Positions 28,670 to 37,515 of a stretch of 64,000 nt of DNA are shown one piece after another (the stretch's first letter is position 1; each line of letters starts with the position of its first letter). This DNA comes from Candidatus Latescibacterota bacterium (GTDB taxonomy: Bacteria > Latescibacterota > UBA2968 > UBA8231): assembly GCA_965203175.1 (NCBI GenBank), contig OZ241867.1, positions 4,288,001-4,352,000 of the forward strand, in the 5' to 3' direction. Under the pieces are notes generated by a model. That model was not told the DNA's origin, searched no databases, and saw only the letters and a program-made list of their open reading frames with translations. A program made the position numbers and the translations under genes.

Positions 28670-31018
28670 ATGATCGAGAGACGCGGGATTTACTGCGTGC
28701 TCACGGCCCTGTTCATCTGCGGTGTTAGCCATGCCGAAGAAATCCGCTTCGACTCCCCGGCCGAGTGGGCGACTTGGGAGGTTCCGGTTGATATCGTCCA
28801 GTTTGCAGACGACGGCTCGCTAGAGCTGAGAAAATTCCGCAAGGAAATCAACGCCACTCTTGATGCTCATCTTTTCACCCAACCCACTCAGACCCGTGGC
28901 AAGGTCCAGGGGGGGATCTGGCAGGTCGGATCCAATCCGACGGCGGCCCGACGCATCATGGACGGCAATCTGGAGACGGTGTGGCGACCTAGTCAAGCCG
29001 ACGACTTGGTCGATTGGGTGGTGACCATCGACTTGGGGCGGCCCGTGCTAGCCGAGCGCATCCGCTTGGTGTTTCCCGACCGCGCAGGAGCGCGTCCTTG
29101 GCGGCAATTTAGCGTTTTCACGGCCAATGGTGCGCGCATCCAATCCACGGATGACGTCTTCAAATTCGACCAAGCCTTTCAGACGACTCAGCCCAACCAA
29201 GAGCAGGTCGTCGATATCGAACTGGTCGGCGAGCGCGACGTAACGCGGGTCATTGACGAAAACCTCGGGCTGGATCCAGCCGCGCTAAATACCTTCCGCA
29301 TGGTGCGCTTTGTGCGCGTGCGCGCCGACGAAAAAAGTGCGGATGCAGCTTTGGCCGAAGTGGAGGTGGTCGCCGCAGGCGACAACATAAGTCTCGGAGT
29401 CTTGGCGCGCGGCGGCAGCTTCGACAATGGACTTTTGGCGCGCGAGCCGCAGAATATGTTCGACGGCATCACCGACACGTACGGCAATATATTCACTGTT
29501 AAGACTAAGGGCGGCTGGCGCGAGAGTGGGGTGTGGTGGTCGGTTGATTTAGGGGCGCTGTTCTGGCTCGACGAGGCATTCATCTACTGGCAGGATCGCG
29601 GCGAGGGCCTGTCGAGCTTCCTATTCGAGGGATTGCAGGCTGGTTCTGGATACCAAATCCTCTTTTCCGATGGGCGGCGCACCATTGCCGGCGACATCGA
29701 CTACACGCCGCTGATCTTCGAGCCAAGGCCAGTCGGCGCGGAGTGGAACTTGCGCCACCATCGCTACGCGTTTGCTCCGCGCAAGATCCGCTACTTGTTC
29801 TGGCATTCGCTGACCGATACGGGCTGGTTTTCCCACCCCATGGAGTTGATGCTGTTCTCGCCGGGCTATCCCGCGCAGGTGGTATTGCTCTCGGACTTTA
29901 TCGACCTCGGCCAACTCGCTGGCGATGGCCGCGCCAAGGCCATCAAGCGCTTGCTCTGGGAGGCGACAACGCCGGATCAGACGCGGTTACAGGTGCGCTC
30001 GCGGTCGGGCAATACCCTGCAAGAGTTCTACACGTTCTACGATAAAAAGGGTGAGGAAGTCACCGAGACGCGCTACGGGAGCCTGCCCAAAGTCATCCGC
30101 GGCCCCATTGACACCACGGTCGTCGTAGGAGCCGATTGGGGCGCGTGGAGCAACTTCTACCAGTTTTCCGGCGAGGCGTTTAAGTCGGAGACGCCACGCC
30201 GCTTTATCCAATTGGAGTTGATTCTCTCTACGGAGGATCCCGCTGTCGCACCGGTGCTACACGCGCTGGCACTGGATTTTGAGGATGCGCTGGTCTCGCA
30301 GGCGGCTGGACAGGTTGCTCCGCGCTATGTCGTACCCAACGAGGCGACGCGGTTTACGTATGCGCTGCGGACGAGCGCAACGGAGGGCGATTCAGGGTTT
30401 GACCGGATGCGCTTTTCTACGCCTAGCGCTGTGGATGCAGCAGATGTGCGGCTGTGGATTGGTGGTGCGGCGCACGAGCCGAGTGCCGTGCGGGTAGTGG
30501 GGGATTCGCTGCTGTTTGTCGATTTGCCGGAGACGGTGCGGACGGATTCTGTCACCGTGGAATTCACCACTAAGGTCCTGCGCAACGCCACGGTTTTTGC
30601 CGCGGACTTAGGGCAAGAAGCACGTCCTGATCTGTGGCAGTCGGTGGAAGCGGCTGAGCGGCAATCGAACTTGGTGTTTCTGCCGGATTTACCCGGCAGC
30701 GAGCGGTTGATCGGCGATTTGCAGGTTGTGCCGCCGGTGTTTTCGCCCAACGGCGATGGGATCAACGACCACGTGCAGATACACTTTGCGCTGTTTAAGG
30801 CGGTGGATGCGTCTCCGAGCGTGCGCATTTTCGATTTGGCGGGGAGGGAAGTGGCGGTTCTTACTTCGTCGGGTGCGGATGTGTTGCAGTCGTTTAGTTG
30901 GGATGGATTGGATGCGTCGGGTGAGTGGGTGGCACCGGGCGTTTACGTATGCCGCATTGCTGCGGGAGCCGATGCTGGGCAGGGAGAAGTAGTGCGCACC
31001 CTAGCTGTAGCCTATTGA
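28670..31018 (+). CDS. Secreted AY-tail family protein (copy 4)
   Basis: Collinear with copy 3. Signal peptide ending SHA. FSPNGDGIND. Ends LAVAY. Start uncertain (28622-28670). Confidence 0.7.
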   Translation: MIERRGIYCVLTALFICGVSHAEEIRFDSPAEWATWEVPVDIVQFADDGSLELRKFRKEINATLDAHLFTQPTQTRGKVQGGIWQVGSNPTAARRIMDGNLETVWRPSQADDLVDWVVTIDLGRPVLAERIRLVFPDRAGARPWRQFSVFTANGARIQSTDDVFKFDQAFQTTQPNQEQVVDIELVGERDVTRVIDENLGLDPAALNTFRMVRFVRVRADEKSADAALAEVEVVAAGDNISLGVLARGGSFDNGLLAREPQNMFDGITDTYGNIFTVKTKGGWRESGVWWSVDLGALFWLDEAFIYWQDRGEGLSSFLFEGLQAGSGYQILFSDGRRTIAGDIDYTPLIFEPRPVGAEWNLRHHRYAFAPRKIRYLFWHSLTDTGWFSHPMELMLFSPGYPAQVVLLSDFIDLGQLAGDGRAKAIKRLLWEATTPDQTRLQVRSRSGNTLQEFYTFYDKKGEEVTETRYGSLPKVIRGPIDTTVVVGADWGAWSNFYQFSGEAFKSETPRRFIQLELILSTEDPAVAPVLHALALDFEDALVSQAAGQVAPRYVVPNEATRFTYALRTSATEGDSGFDRMRFSTPSAVDAADVRLWIGGAAHEPSAVRVVGDSLLFVDLPETVRTDSVTVEFTTKVLRNATVFAADLGQEARPDLWQSVEAAERQSNLVFLPDLPGSERLIGDLQVVPPVFSPNGDGINDHVQIHFALFKAVDASPSVRIFDLAGREVAVLTSSGADVLQSFSWDGLDASGEWVAPGVYVCRIAAGADAGQGEVVRTLAVAY

Positions 31019-33404
31019 GGTGGATTAGAGCGGTATGAGGTGGAGAAAATACAGGGTTTGCCATTTGCTCTTGGGCCTGTTCATCTGTGGTGCGAGCCGA
31101 GCGGAGGAAGTTCGTTTCGACACTCCGGAGGCGTGGGAGGCTTGGGATATCCCGGTAGATATCGTCCAGTTTGCGGACGACGGTTCGCTGAAGTTGAAGA
31201 AATTTCGCAAACAGATCAACGCTGTCCTCGACGCACCCCTCTTCACTCATCCCTCTCAGAAGCGCGGCGAGGTCCAGGGCGGGATATGGAGTGCCGGTAG
31301 CAACGAGGTGGACGCGCCCAAGCTCATAGATGGCGATCCAGCGACCTATTGGCAGCCCGATGTAGCAGACCAGCTCGTCGATTGGTCGGTCGGTATCGAC
31401 TTGGGAAGGCCGGTACTGGCGCGGGAGATCAAGCTGATATTCCCCGACGAAGAGGGCGCTCGGCCCTTGCGGCAGTTTAGCGTCTTTGTCACTCAGGGTG
31501 CCCGGATTCAGTTCCGGGACGACGTGTTCCGCTATCGCAAGATCTTCCAGACGACCAAGCCCAATACCGAGACTACCATTGCGATTCCGCTGCTAGGCAG
31601 TGCGCTGGATACCACGCGGGTGCTTGATGAGGACAGAGACGTTGACTTGAATGCCGAGCAGGACTTCCAGATGGTGCGGCTAATCCGCGTCGTCGCCGAT
31701 GAGCAAAGCAGCGATGCAGCCCTAGCCGAAATTGAAGTCCTCGCCCAGGGGGACAACGTCAGCTTGGGGACTTTGGAACGAGGTGGGCGCTTTGAACACG
31801 GCTTGCTGGCGCGCGAGCCGCAGAACATGTTCGACGGCAATATGGACACCTTCGGCAATATTCTCACCTCGGGGGGGACCAAGGGCGGCTGGCGCGAGGG
31901 CGGGCTATGGTGGCAGGTGGATTTGGGTGCACTGTTCTGGATCGACGAGATGTTTATATATTTTAAAACTCGGGGTGAGGGCATGTCGAGTTTCTTGTTC
32001 GAAAGGCTGCACCACGGAAGCGGTTACAACATCCTGTTCTCAGACGGGCGGCTCACCACGGGCGGAGATTTGGATCTGACCTTCCTGCTGCGCGAGGACA
32101 TCGCCATTAACGCGGCGTCGGCAGCCGCACGGGGGATTCGCCACATCCGCTATCTTTTTCAGCCGCGCAAGATCCGCTACATCTTCTGGCACGGCCATCT
32201 GGATCAAGGCTGGTTTTCGCATCCAACGGAATTTATGCTGTTTTCACCGGGCTATCCCGCGCAGGTGGTGTTGCTCTCGGGCTTTATCGATCTCGGCCAA
32301 CTCGCCGGAGACGGCCGTCCCAAGGCTATTAGGCGTTTGCGCTGGGAGGCGACAACGCCCGATCTGACGCAGTTGCAGGTGCGCTCTCGGTCGGGCAATA
32401 CCCTGCAAGAATTCTACACGTTCTACGACAAAAAGGGTGAGGAAGTCACCGAGACGCGCTATAACAGCCTGCCCAAAGTCATCCGCGGTCCCATCGACAC
32501 CATGGTCGTCGTAGGAGCCGATTGGGGCGCGTGGAGCAACTTCTACCAGCTTTCCGGCGAGGCGTTTAAGTCGGAGACGCCGCGCCGTTTTATCCAGTTG
32601 GAGCTGATTCTTTCCACCGAGGACCCCGCTGTCGCACCGGTGTTGCACGCGCTGGCACTGGATTTTGAGGATGCGCTGGTCGCACAGGCGGCTGGGCAAG
32701 TTATGCCGCGCCATGCCGTACCCAACGAGGCGACGCGGTTTACGTATGTGCTGCGGACGAGTGCGGCTGCGGACGACTCGGGCTTTGACCGGTTGCGCTT
32801 TTCCACGCCGAGTGCTGTGGATGCAGCAGACGTGCGGCTGTGGATTGGTGGTGCGGCGCACGAGCCGAGTGCCGTACGCGCGATGGGGGATTCGCTACTT
32901 TTTGTAGATTTACCGGAGACGGTGTGGACGGATTCTGTCACCGTGGAATTCACCACTAAGGTCCTGCGCAACGCCACGGTTTTTGCTGCGGACTTAGGGC
33001 AAGAAGCGCGTCCTGATCTGTGGCAGTCGGTAGAGGCAGCCGAGCGGCAAGCGAACTTGGTGTTTCTGCCGGATCTACCCGGCAGCGAGCGGCTGATCGG
33101 CGATTTGCAGGTTGTGCCGCCGGTGTTTTCACCCAACGGCGATGGCATCAACGACCACGTGCAGATACGCTTTGCGCTGTTCAAGGCGGTGGATGCGTCT
33201 CCGAGCGTGCGCATCTTTGACTTGGCAGGTCGGGAAGTAGCGGTGCTGATGCCGTTTGGTAGGGATGTATTGCAGTCGTTTAGTTGGGATGGATTGGATG
33301 CATCGGGTATTCGGGTCGCGCCTGGGGTGTACGTGTGCCGCATTGACGCGGGAGCCGATGCCGGACAGGGGGAAGTAATGCGTACCCTAGCCGTAGCCTA
33401 TTGA
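29861..33404 (+). repeat. Direct repeat of about 1.16 kb: 29861-31018 and 32247-33404 (3' halves of copies 4 and 5)
   Basis: Near-identical DNA with the same 2386-nt offset at both ends, from CCGGGCTATCCCGCGCAGGT to GCCTATTGA. Confidence 0.9.
31035..33404 (+). CDS. Secreted AY-tail family protein (copy 5)
   Basis: Close paralog of copy 4. Signal peptide ending SRA. FSPNGDGIND. Ends LAVAY. Confidence 0.75.
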   Translation: MRWRKYRVCHLLLGLFICGASRAEEVRFDTPEAWEAWDIPVDIVQFADDGSLKLKKFRKQINAVLDAPLFTHPSQKRGEVQGGIWSAGSNEVDAPKLIDGDPATYWQPDVADQLVDWSVGIDLGRPVLAREIKLIFPDEEGARPLRQFSVFVTQGARIQFRDDVFRYRKIFQTTKPNTETTIAIPLLGSALDTTRVLDEDRDVDLNAEQDFQMVRLIRVVADEQSSDAALAEIEVLAQGDNVSLGTLERGGRFEHGLLAREPQNMFDGNMDTFGNILTSGGTKGGWREGGLWWQVDLGALFWIDEMFIYFKTRGEGMSSFLFERLHHGSGYNILFSDGRLTTGGDLDLTFLLREDIAINAASAAARGIRHIRYLFQPRKIRYIFWHGHLDQGWFSHPTEFMLFSPGYPAQVVLLSGFIDLGQLAGDGRPKAIRRLRWEATTPDLTQLQVRSRSGNTLQEFYTFYDKKGEEVTETRYNSLPKVIRGPIDTMVVVGADWGAWSNFYQLSGEAFKSETPRRFIQLELILSTEDPAVAPVLHALALDFEDALVAQAAGQVMPRHAVPNEATRFTYVLRTSAAADDSGFDRLRFSTPSAVDAADVRLWIGGAAHEPSAVRAMGDSLLFVDLPETVWTDSVTVEFTTKVLRNATVFAADLGQEARPDLWQSVEAAERQANLVFLPDLPGSERLIGDLQVVPPVFSPNGDGINDHVQIRFALFKAVDASPSVRIFDLAGREVAVLMPFGRDVLQSFSWDGLDASGIRVAPGVYVCRIDAGADAGQGEVMRTLAVAY

Positions 33405-33412
33405 GGAATGCC

Positions 33413-35296
33413 ATGACTGTCGCTCCAGCGGTGTATCGCGATCAGAAGTGGATCATCTCGCCTTTTGGCGACCTGTTCTTTTTTATTGGCACGCCGCTTT
33501 TGTGCTTGGTGACCATGTTGCCATTGCGGGCCGTGTTCGACTCGCAGACCATCGCCTTCTACGCGCTGGCGCTGTTTGCCACCGGCCACCACCTGCCGGG
33601 CTTTATGCGCGCATACGGCGACCCAGAGCTATTCAGCACCTTCAAGGAGAAGTTCCTCGTTGCGCCGGTCGTCGTGCTCATCGTGACGGCGCTGGCGCAA
33701 TTCAATACCCTGCACGGGCTTTTCCTGATGGTACTAGTGTGGGAGATCTGGCACCTCTTTATGCAGCACTACGGCATCATGCGGATCTACGATGCCAAAA
33801 ACAAGATCTTCTCCAAGCTCGACGCTCGGCTCGACTGGCTGCTGACCTTGTGTGCCTTTGCAACAGTGGTCATCTATAGCCCCGAATACTTCCACCGCAT
33901 CCTCGACCACAACCAGCGGGTTGGCGTGCCCTTCCTGTCGGCCGAGTTGACGTTCCTGCTCAAAAAGGTGCTGTTCTATGTTACGATGGCCGTGCTTGCG
34001 GCGTACTTGGCCAACATCGGCCGGCGGGCGATCACCGGTCAGAAGATAAGCCTGCCCAAAATCGCGGTGATGGCGACTACGGTGTTCATCATCTATTACG
34101 GCTGGATACATATCAACGATCTCGTCATCGGCTATGCGGCTTTTGCCGTTTTTCACGATATCCAGTACTTCGCCATCGTCTGGGTCTACAACAACAACCT
34201 CGTCAAAAGGCAGGAGCGAACTACCAAGCTCCTGCGCACCTTTTTCACTACGCGCACCTTGCCGATACTGGTCGCGTACGTGCTTGTTTGCTTTGCCTAC
34301 GGCAGCATCAACATGATGGAGGGCTTTCTCAAGTCCGAGCAGGCGATCAAAATGGTCGAGATCTTCGTCATCACCTCGACGCTTTTGCACTACTATTTCG
34401 ATGGGTTCATCTGGAAAATCCGCGACCGCAAAAACCAAGCCAATCTGGGGATCAACGCCGAAGAGGGGGCGGACCGCATTGGATTGCGGGCGTTGACTGG
34501 CGGCTTGGCCTCGTACTTTCGCGAGACGGGCCGCCAGTTGGCCTATTTTGCGGTGCCGGTGGTGGCGCTCTCGCTTTTCCAGTTTTACTGGACGGCCGAT
34601 GAGGCCGAGGCGCGGGAGAAGATGGTCGAATTGTTTCCGGACTTGGCCGGTGCCCACAACAATCTCGGCGTCTTCTATGCGCGGCAGGGAGATTGGGAGA
34701 GAGCTGCCGGCGAATATCAGCGGGCGCTAGAGCTGGATGCGGGAGCCTATGAGGCGCACAAAAACCTCGGTTTACTCTACGCGCGACGGGGACTACGGGA
34801 CGATTGGGAAAAGGCGCATATGCACTACCAGCAGGCGATAGACCACAAGCCGCGCTACGTCGAAGCGCTCAACGCGCAGGGGTTGATCTTTTTGGAGCGG
34901 GGCGAGTTCGCCAAGGCCGAAGAACGCTTCCGCGAGGCCCTCGACGAATTTGACTATGCCCCGGCATACAACAACCTCGGTACGGCCTATTTGCAGATGG
35001 GAGACTTTCCGCAGGCGATCTCCGCCTACGAAAAAGCCGTCGCGCTCGACCGGGCCGACGCCTCGCACCACTTCAACTTGGGGTTAGCTTTGCAGAAGGC
35101 CGGAGAGAACGAGCAGGCGGTTGCCTCGTTTGCCTCAGCACTCTCTTTAGATCCGCGCCACGTCAAAGCTTATTTGAGCATGGCGCTTTCCTACCAGCGG
35201 CTGGGTCACCTCGCTGAGGCGCGGCAGGCGCTGCAGCAGTTGTTGGTGGTGGATCCGAACCACGCCACAGCAGCGCGGCTATTGGCCCGGTTGTGA
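33413..35296 (+). CDS. Polytopic membrane protein with His motifs fused to C-terminal TPR domain
   Basis: Many hydrophobic helices with GHH, WHLFMQHYG, FHDIQY, LHYYFD, followed by TPRs (AHNNLG, AHKNLG, AYNNLG, HFNLG). ATG 33413 after GAGG. Confidence 0.75.
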   Translation: MTVAPAVYRDQKWIISPFGDLFFFIGTPLLCLVTMLPLRAVFDSQTIAFYALALFATGHHLPGFMRAYGDPELFSTFKEKFLVAPVVVLIVTALAQFNTLHGLFLMVLVWEIWHLFMQHYGIMRIYDAKNKIFSKLDARLDWLLTLCAFATVVIYSPEYFHRILDHNQRVGVPFLSAELTFLLKKVLFYVTMAVLAAYLANIGRRAITGQKISLPKIAVMATTVFIIYYGWIHINDLVIGYAAFAVFHDIQYFAIVWVYNNNLVKRQERTTKLLRTFFTTRTLPILVAYVLVCFAYGSINMMEGFLKSEQAIKMVEIFVITSTLLHYYFDGFIWKIRDRKNQANLGINAEEGADRIGLRALTGGLASYFRETGRQLAYFAVPVVALSLFQFYWTADEAEAREKMVELFPDLAGAHNNLGVFYARQGDWERAAGEYQRALELDAGAYEAHKNLGLLYARRGLRDDWEKAHMHYQQAIDHKPRYVEALNAQGLIFLERGEFAKAEERFREALDEFDYAPAYNNLGTAYLQMGDFPQAISAYEKAVALDRADASHHFNLGLALQKAGENEQAVASFASALSLDPRHVKAYLSMALSYQRLGHLAEARQALQQLLVVDPNHATAARLLARL

Positions 35297-35310
35297 GCGG
35301 CTTCTTCTGT

Positions 35311-37485
35311 CTAATGGCGATGCGCTTGGTGGCCTTGGGTCGCTAGCGCGAGGGGATAGACGGCCAAACGTTCTAAGGCCGAGGCGTCTTCGCGGACCCG
35401 GTACACTCTATTAATCGGTACCTCTGTAAAGCTTTGCACTGTGCCCGACGGCCAGTGCAAAGTCAGCTCGTCGAGTACCTCAGCTTCCCCCAGCCCAATC
35501 TCCTGTTGTAAGGTCGAAGCCCCAAAGCTCGCGCCTGTGCCGGCGACGATGTGGATCGTCCGCGTCCCAGCGTGGGCTTGAATCCGCGTCCCGATCCCGG
35601 CTCGATTCGACTTGGTCCCCTCTAGTTTGAGGGTGATCCAATGGTTGCCGTGCCCGGGGTTTTCAAAGAGCACATTGGTGTACACGTCTCCCGAATAGGC
35701 TCCACCGACCACCGCATAGATGTCCTGATCGCCGTCGTTGTCGATATCGCCGAAGGCCACGCCATGCCCTTTTTGCAGGTGTCCGAAGCCACCAGAGGTA
35801 GTTACATCTTCGAAGCGCTGACCCGCGGCGTTGCGAAACATGCGGTTGGGCATCAGCGAACGGTAGTCGGGGTCGCCAGTGCCAGCGTAGAAATCGAGCC
35901 AGCCGTCGTTGTCGAGGTCGCCGAAGTTGCAGCCCATCGTATAGAGGACCTTGTCGCTGTGGGTCTGGCGGGCCATGTCGGCGAAGGTGCCGTCGCCTTG
36001 GTTGCGATAGAGGCGAGGCGGCTCACCCTTGTGTGGCAGACCCATGTAGTCGGCGGCTACATCGCCGGCGTCGGCCTTGTAGCCTGAGACGAATAGGTCG
36101 AGCCAGCCGTCGTTGTCGTAGTCCCAAAACCACACCGGAAAGCTGAACGTCGGCTGACCCACGCCAGCGCGGGCGGTTATATCGGAGAAACGCCAGCGGC
36201 CATTGGCATCTGGCCCATCGTTGTGGAAAAGTAGATTGGGCTGTCCGAGGCGGGAGATGTAGAGGTCGGGCCGGAGGTCGTTGTCGATGTCGCCCCAAGC
36301 CACTCCTTTAACGAAGCCATCGACGTCTAAGCCGACTTCTGCCGCCACATCAACAAAGGTTCCGTCGCCTTGATTGCGGAAAAGCTCACAGGGATGATAC
36401 TCTTCGGCAGAGGACTCGTTGCCCACGAATAGGTCGAGCCAGCCGTCGTTGTCGAAGTCGGCCCAGGCCGCCGTCTGCGTGGGGTGCAAAGTGAGCAGCC
36501 CAGCCGTTTGGGTTACGTCGGCGAAGGTGCCGTTGCCTTGGTTGCGCAATAGCGAATTGGGGTGGAGTCCGTCGGCACCAAACCAGCCGCCGCGCAGGAC
36601 CAGCACATCGGCGAAGCCGTCGTTATCAAAGTCCGTCTGTACGGCGTTGAGGCCGCCAACTAGGCCGGTCAAGCCGGCGGCGGCAGTGCGCTCGGCAAAG
36701 GTTCCGTTGCCTTGGTTGCGAAAGTAGCGCAGGGGATCGTCGAGGCCCCAAGAAGTGGCGATGATGTCGAGAAAGCCGTCGTTGTCAAAGTCTTCCATAA
36801 TGCCGCCTCCGGCCAAGCCGAGGACATTCAACCCCAAGGCGGGAGCCCGGTCGGGGAAGCGGCCAATATCGGCGTCAGCGGCGAAGACTTCTGGGGGAAT
36901 GAGATGGGCGACAGGTACTTGGTGGGGGTACTCGCCTACGGTCATATAGGCGATGTTGAGCAACCAGCGAGAAGTCAGGTCGTAGGGCGTTTTTTCTAAG
37001 ATTGCTCGGTAGTAAGCAATGGCTGCACGCGATCCATCTTGTAGCTTATGGACCCCTTCGGCTGAGATGGGGAGCAGGCAGGAAGCGAGGTTGTGGTCGT
37101 CGATGCAGTTTAGCTGCTCGCCGAGACGCAAGTAGGCGAGGGCGATCATCTCTTCGAGACTCGGTCGGGTGCGGAAGCGGTGGGCATCGGCTTGCTCGCG
37201 CACCTGCTCGAACAGGGTAGCTGCCTCGGCAGATACGCCGGCGCGCAGCAACTCTTTGGCTAGTTCGACCTGTTGGCTGAGCTGTTGCACGGGGTCGTCT
37301 GGTGCGGGCTGACGGCGCAGCCAGTCAACGCGGTGCTGGCTCAAATAGATGTTGTCCTCGGCGTTGGCATCAGCGGCGAGGGTGGCAAGTTGCTCGGCCA
37401 TGTGCTGAGTGCCGGGAGTCTGGTAGGGATCGGCAGCGCAACTCGCTAGCGCGAGGACCAAGAAGACGAGGGCGCAGGGGTTCAT
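35311..37485 (-). CDS. CRTAC1-family lipoprotein (helical N-terminus, FG-GAP propeller, ASPIC/UnbV)
   Basis: Lipobox LASC. Many DFDNDGWLD repeats. KGHGVAFGDIDNDGDQD, SNRAGIGTRI, LHWPSG. Confidence 0.9.
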   Translation of the reverse strand: MNPCALVFLVLALASCAADPYQTPGTQHMAEQLATLAADANAEDNIYLSQHRVDWLRRQPAPDDPVQQLSQQVELAKELLRAGVSAEAATLFEQVREQADAHRFRTRPSLEEMIALAYLRLGEQLNCIDDHNLASCLLPISAEGVHKLQDGSRAAIAYYRAILEKTPYDLTSRWLLNIAYMTVGEYPHQVPVAHLIPPEVFAADADIGRFPDRAPALGLNVLGLAGGGIMEDFDNDGFLDIIATSWGLDDPLRYFRNQGNGTFAERTAAAGLTGLVGGLNAVQTDFDNDGFADVLVLRGGWFGADGLHPNSLLRNQGNGTFADVTQTAGLLTLHPTQTAAWADFDNDGWLDLFVGNESSAEEYHPCELFRNQGDGTFVDVAAEVGLDVDGFVKGVAWGDIDNDLRPDLYISRLGQPNLLFHNDGPDANGRWRFSDITARAGVGQPTFSFPVWFWDYDNDGWLDLFVSGYKADAGDVAADYMGLPHKGEPPRLYRNQGDGTFADMARQTHSDKVLYTMGCNFGDLDNDGWLDFYAGTGDPDYRSLMPNRMFRNAAGQRFEDVTTSGGFGHLQKGHGVAFGDIDNDGDQDIYAVVGGAYSGDVYTNVLFENPGHGNHWITLKLEGTKSNRAGIGTRIQAHAGTRTIHIVAGTGASFGASTLQQEIGLGEAEVLDELTLHWPSGTVQSFTEVPINRVYRVREDASALERLAVYPLALATQGHQAHRH

Positions 37486-37515
37486 AAGGGTATAGGTCGG
37501 AAGATTAGACGACTT

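Noticed and set aside
10924-33404. Flagellar hook-cap (flgD) genes
   Set aside because: Only the FlgD-like Ig domain is present, on Sec-exported proteins, and there are no flagellar genes nearby.
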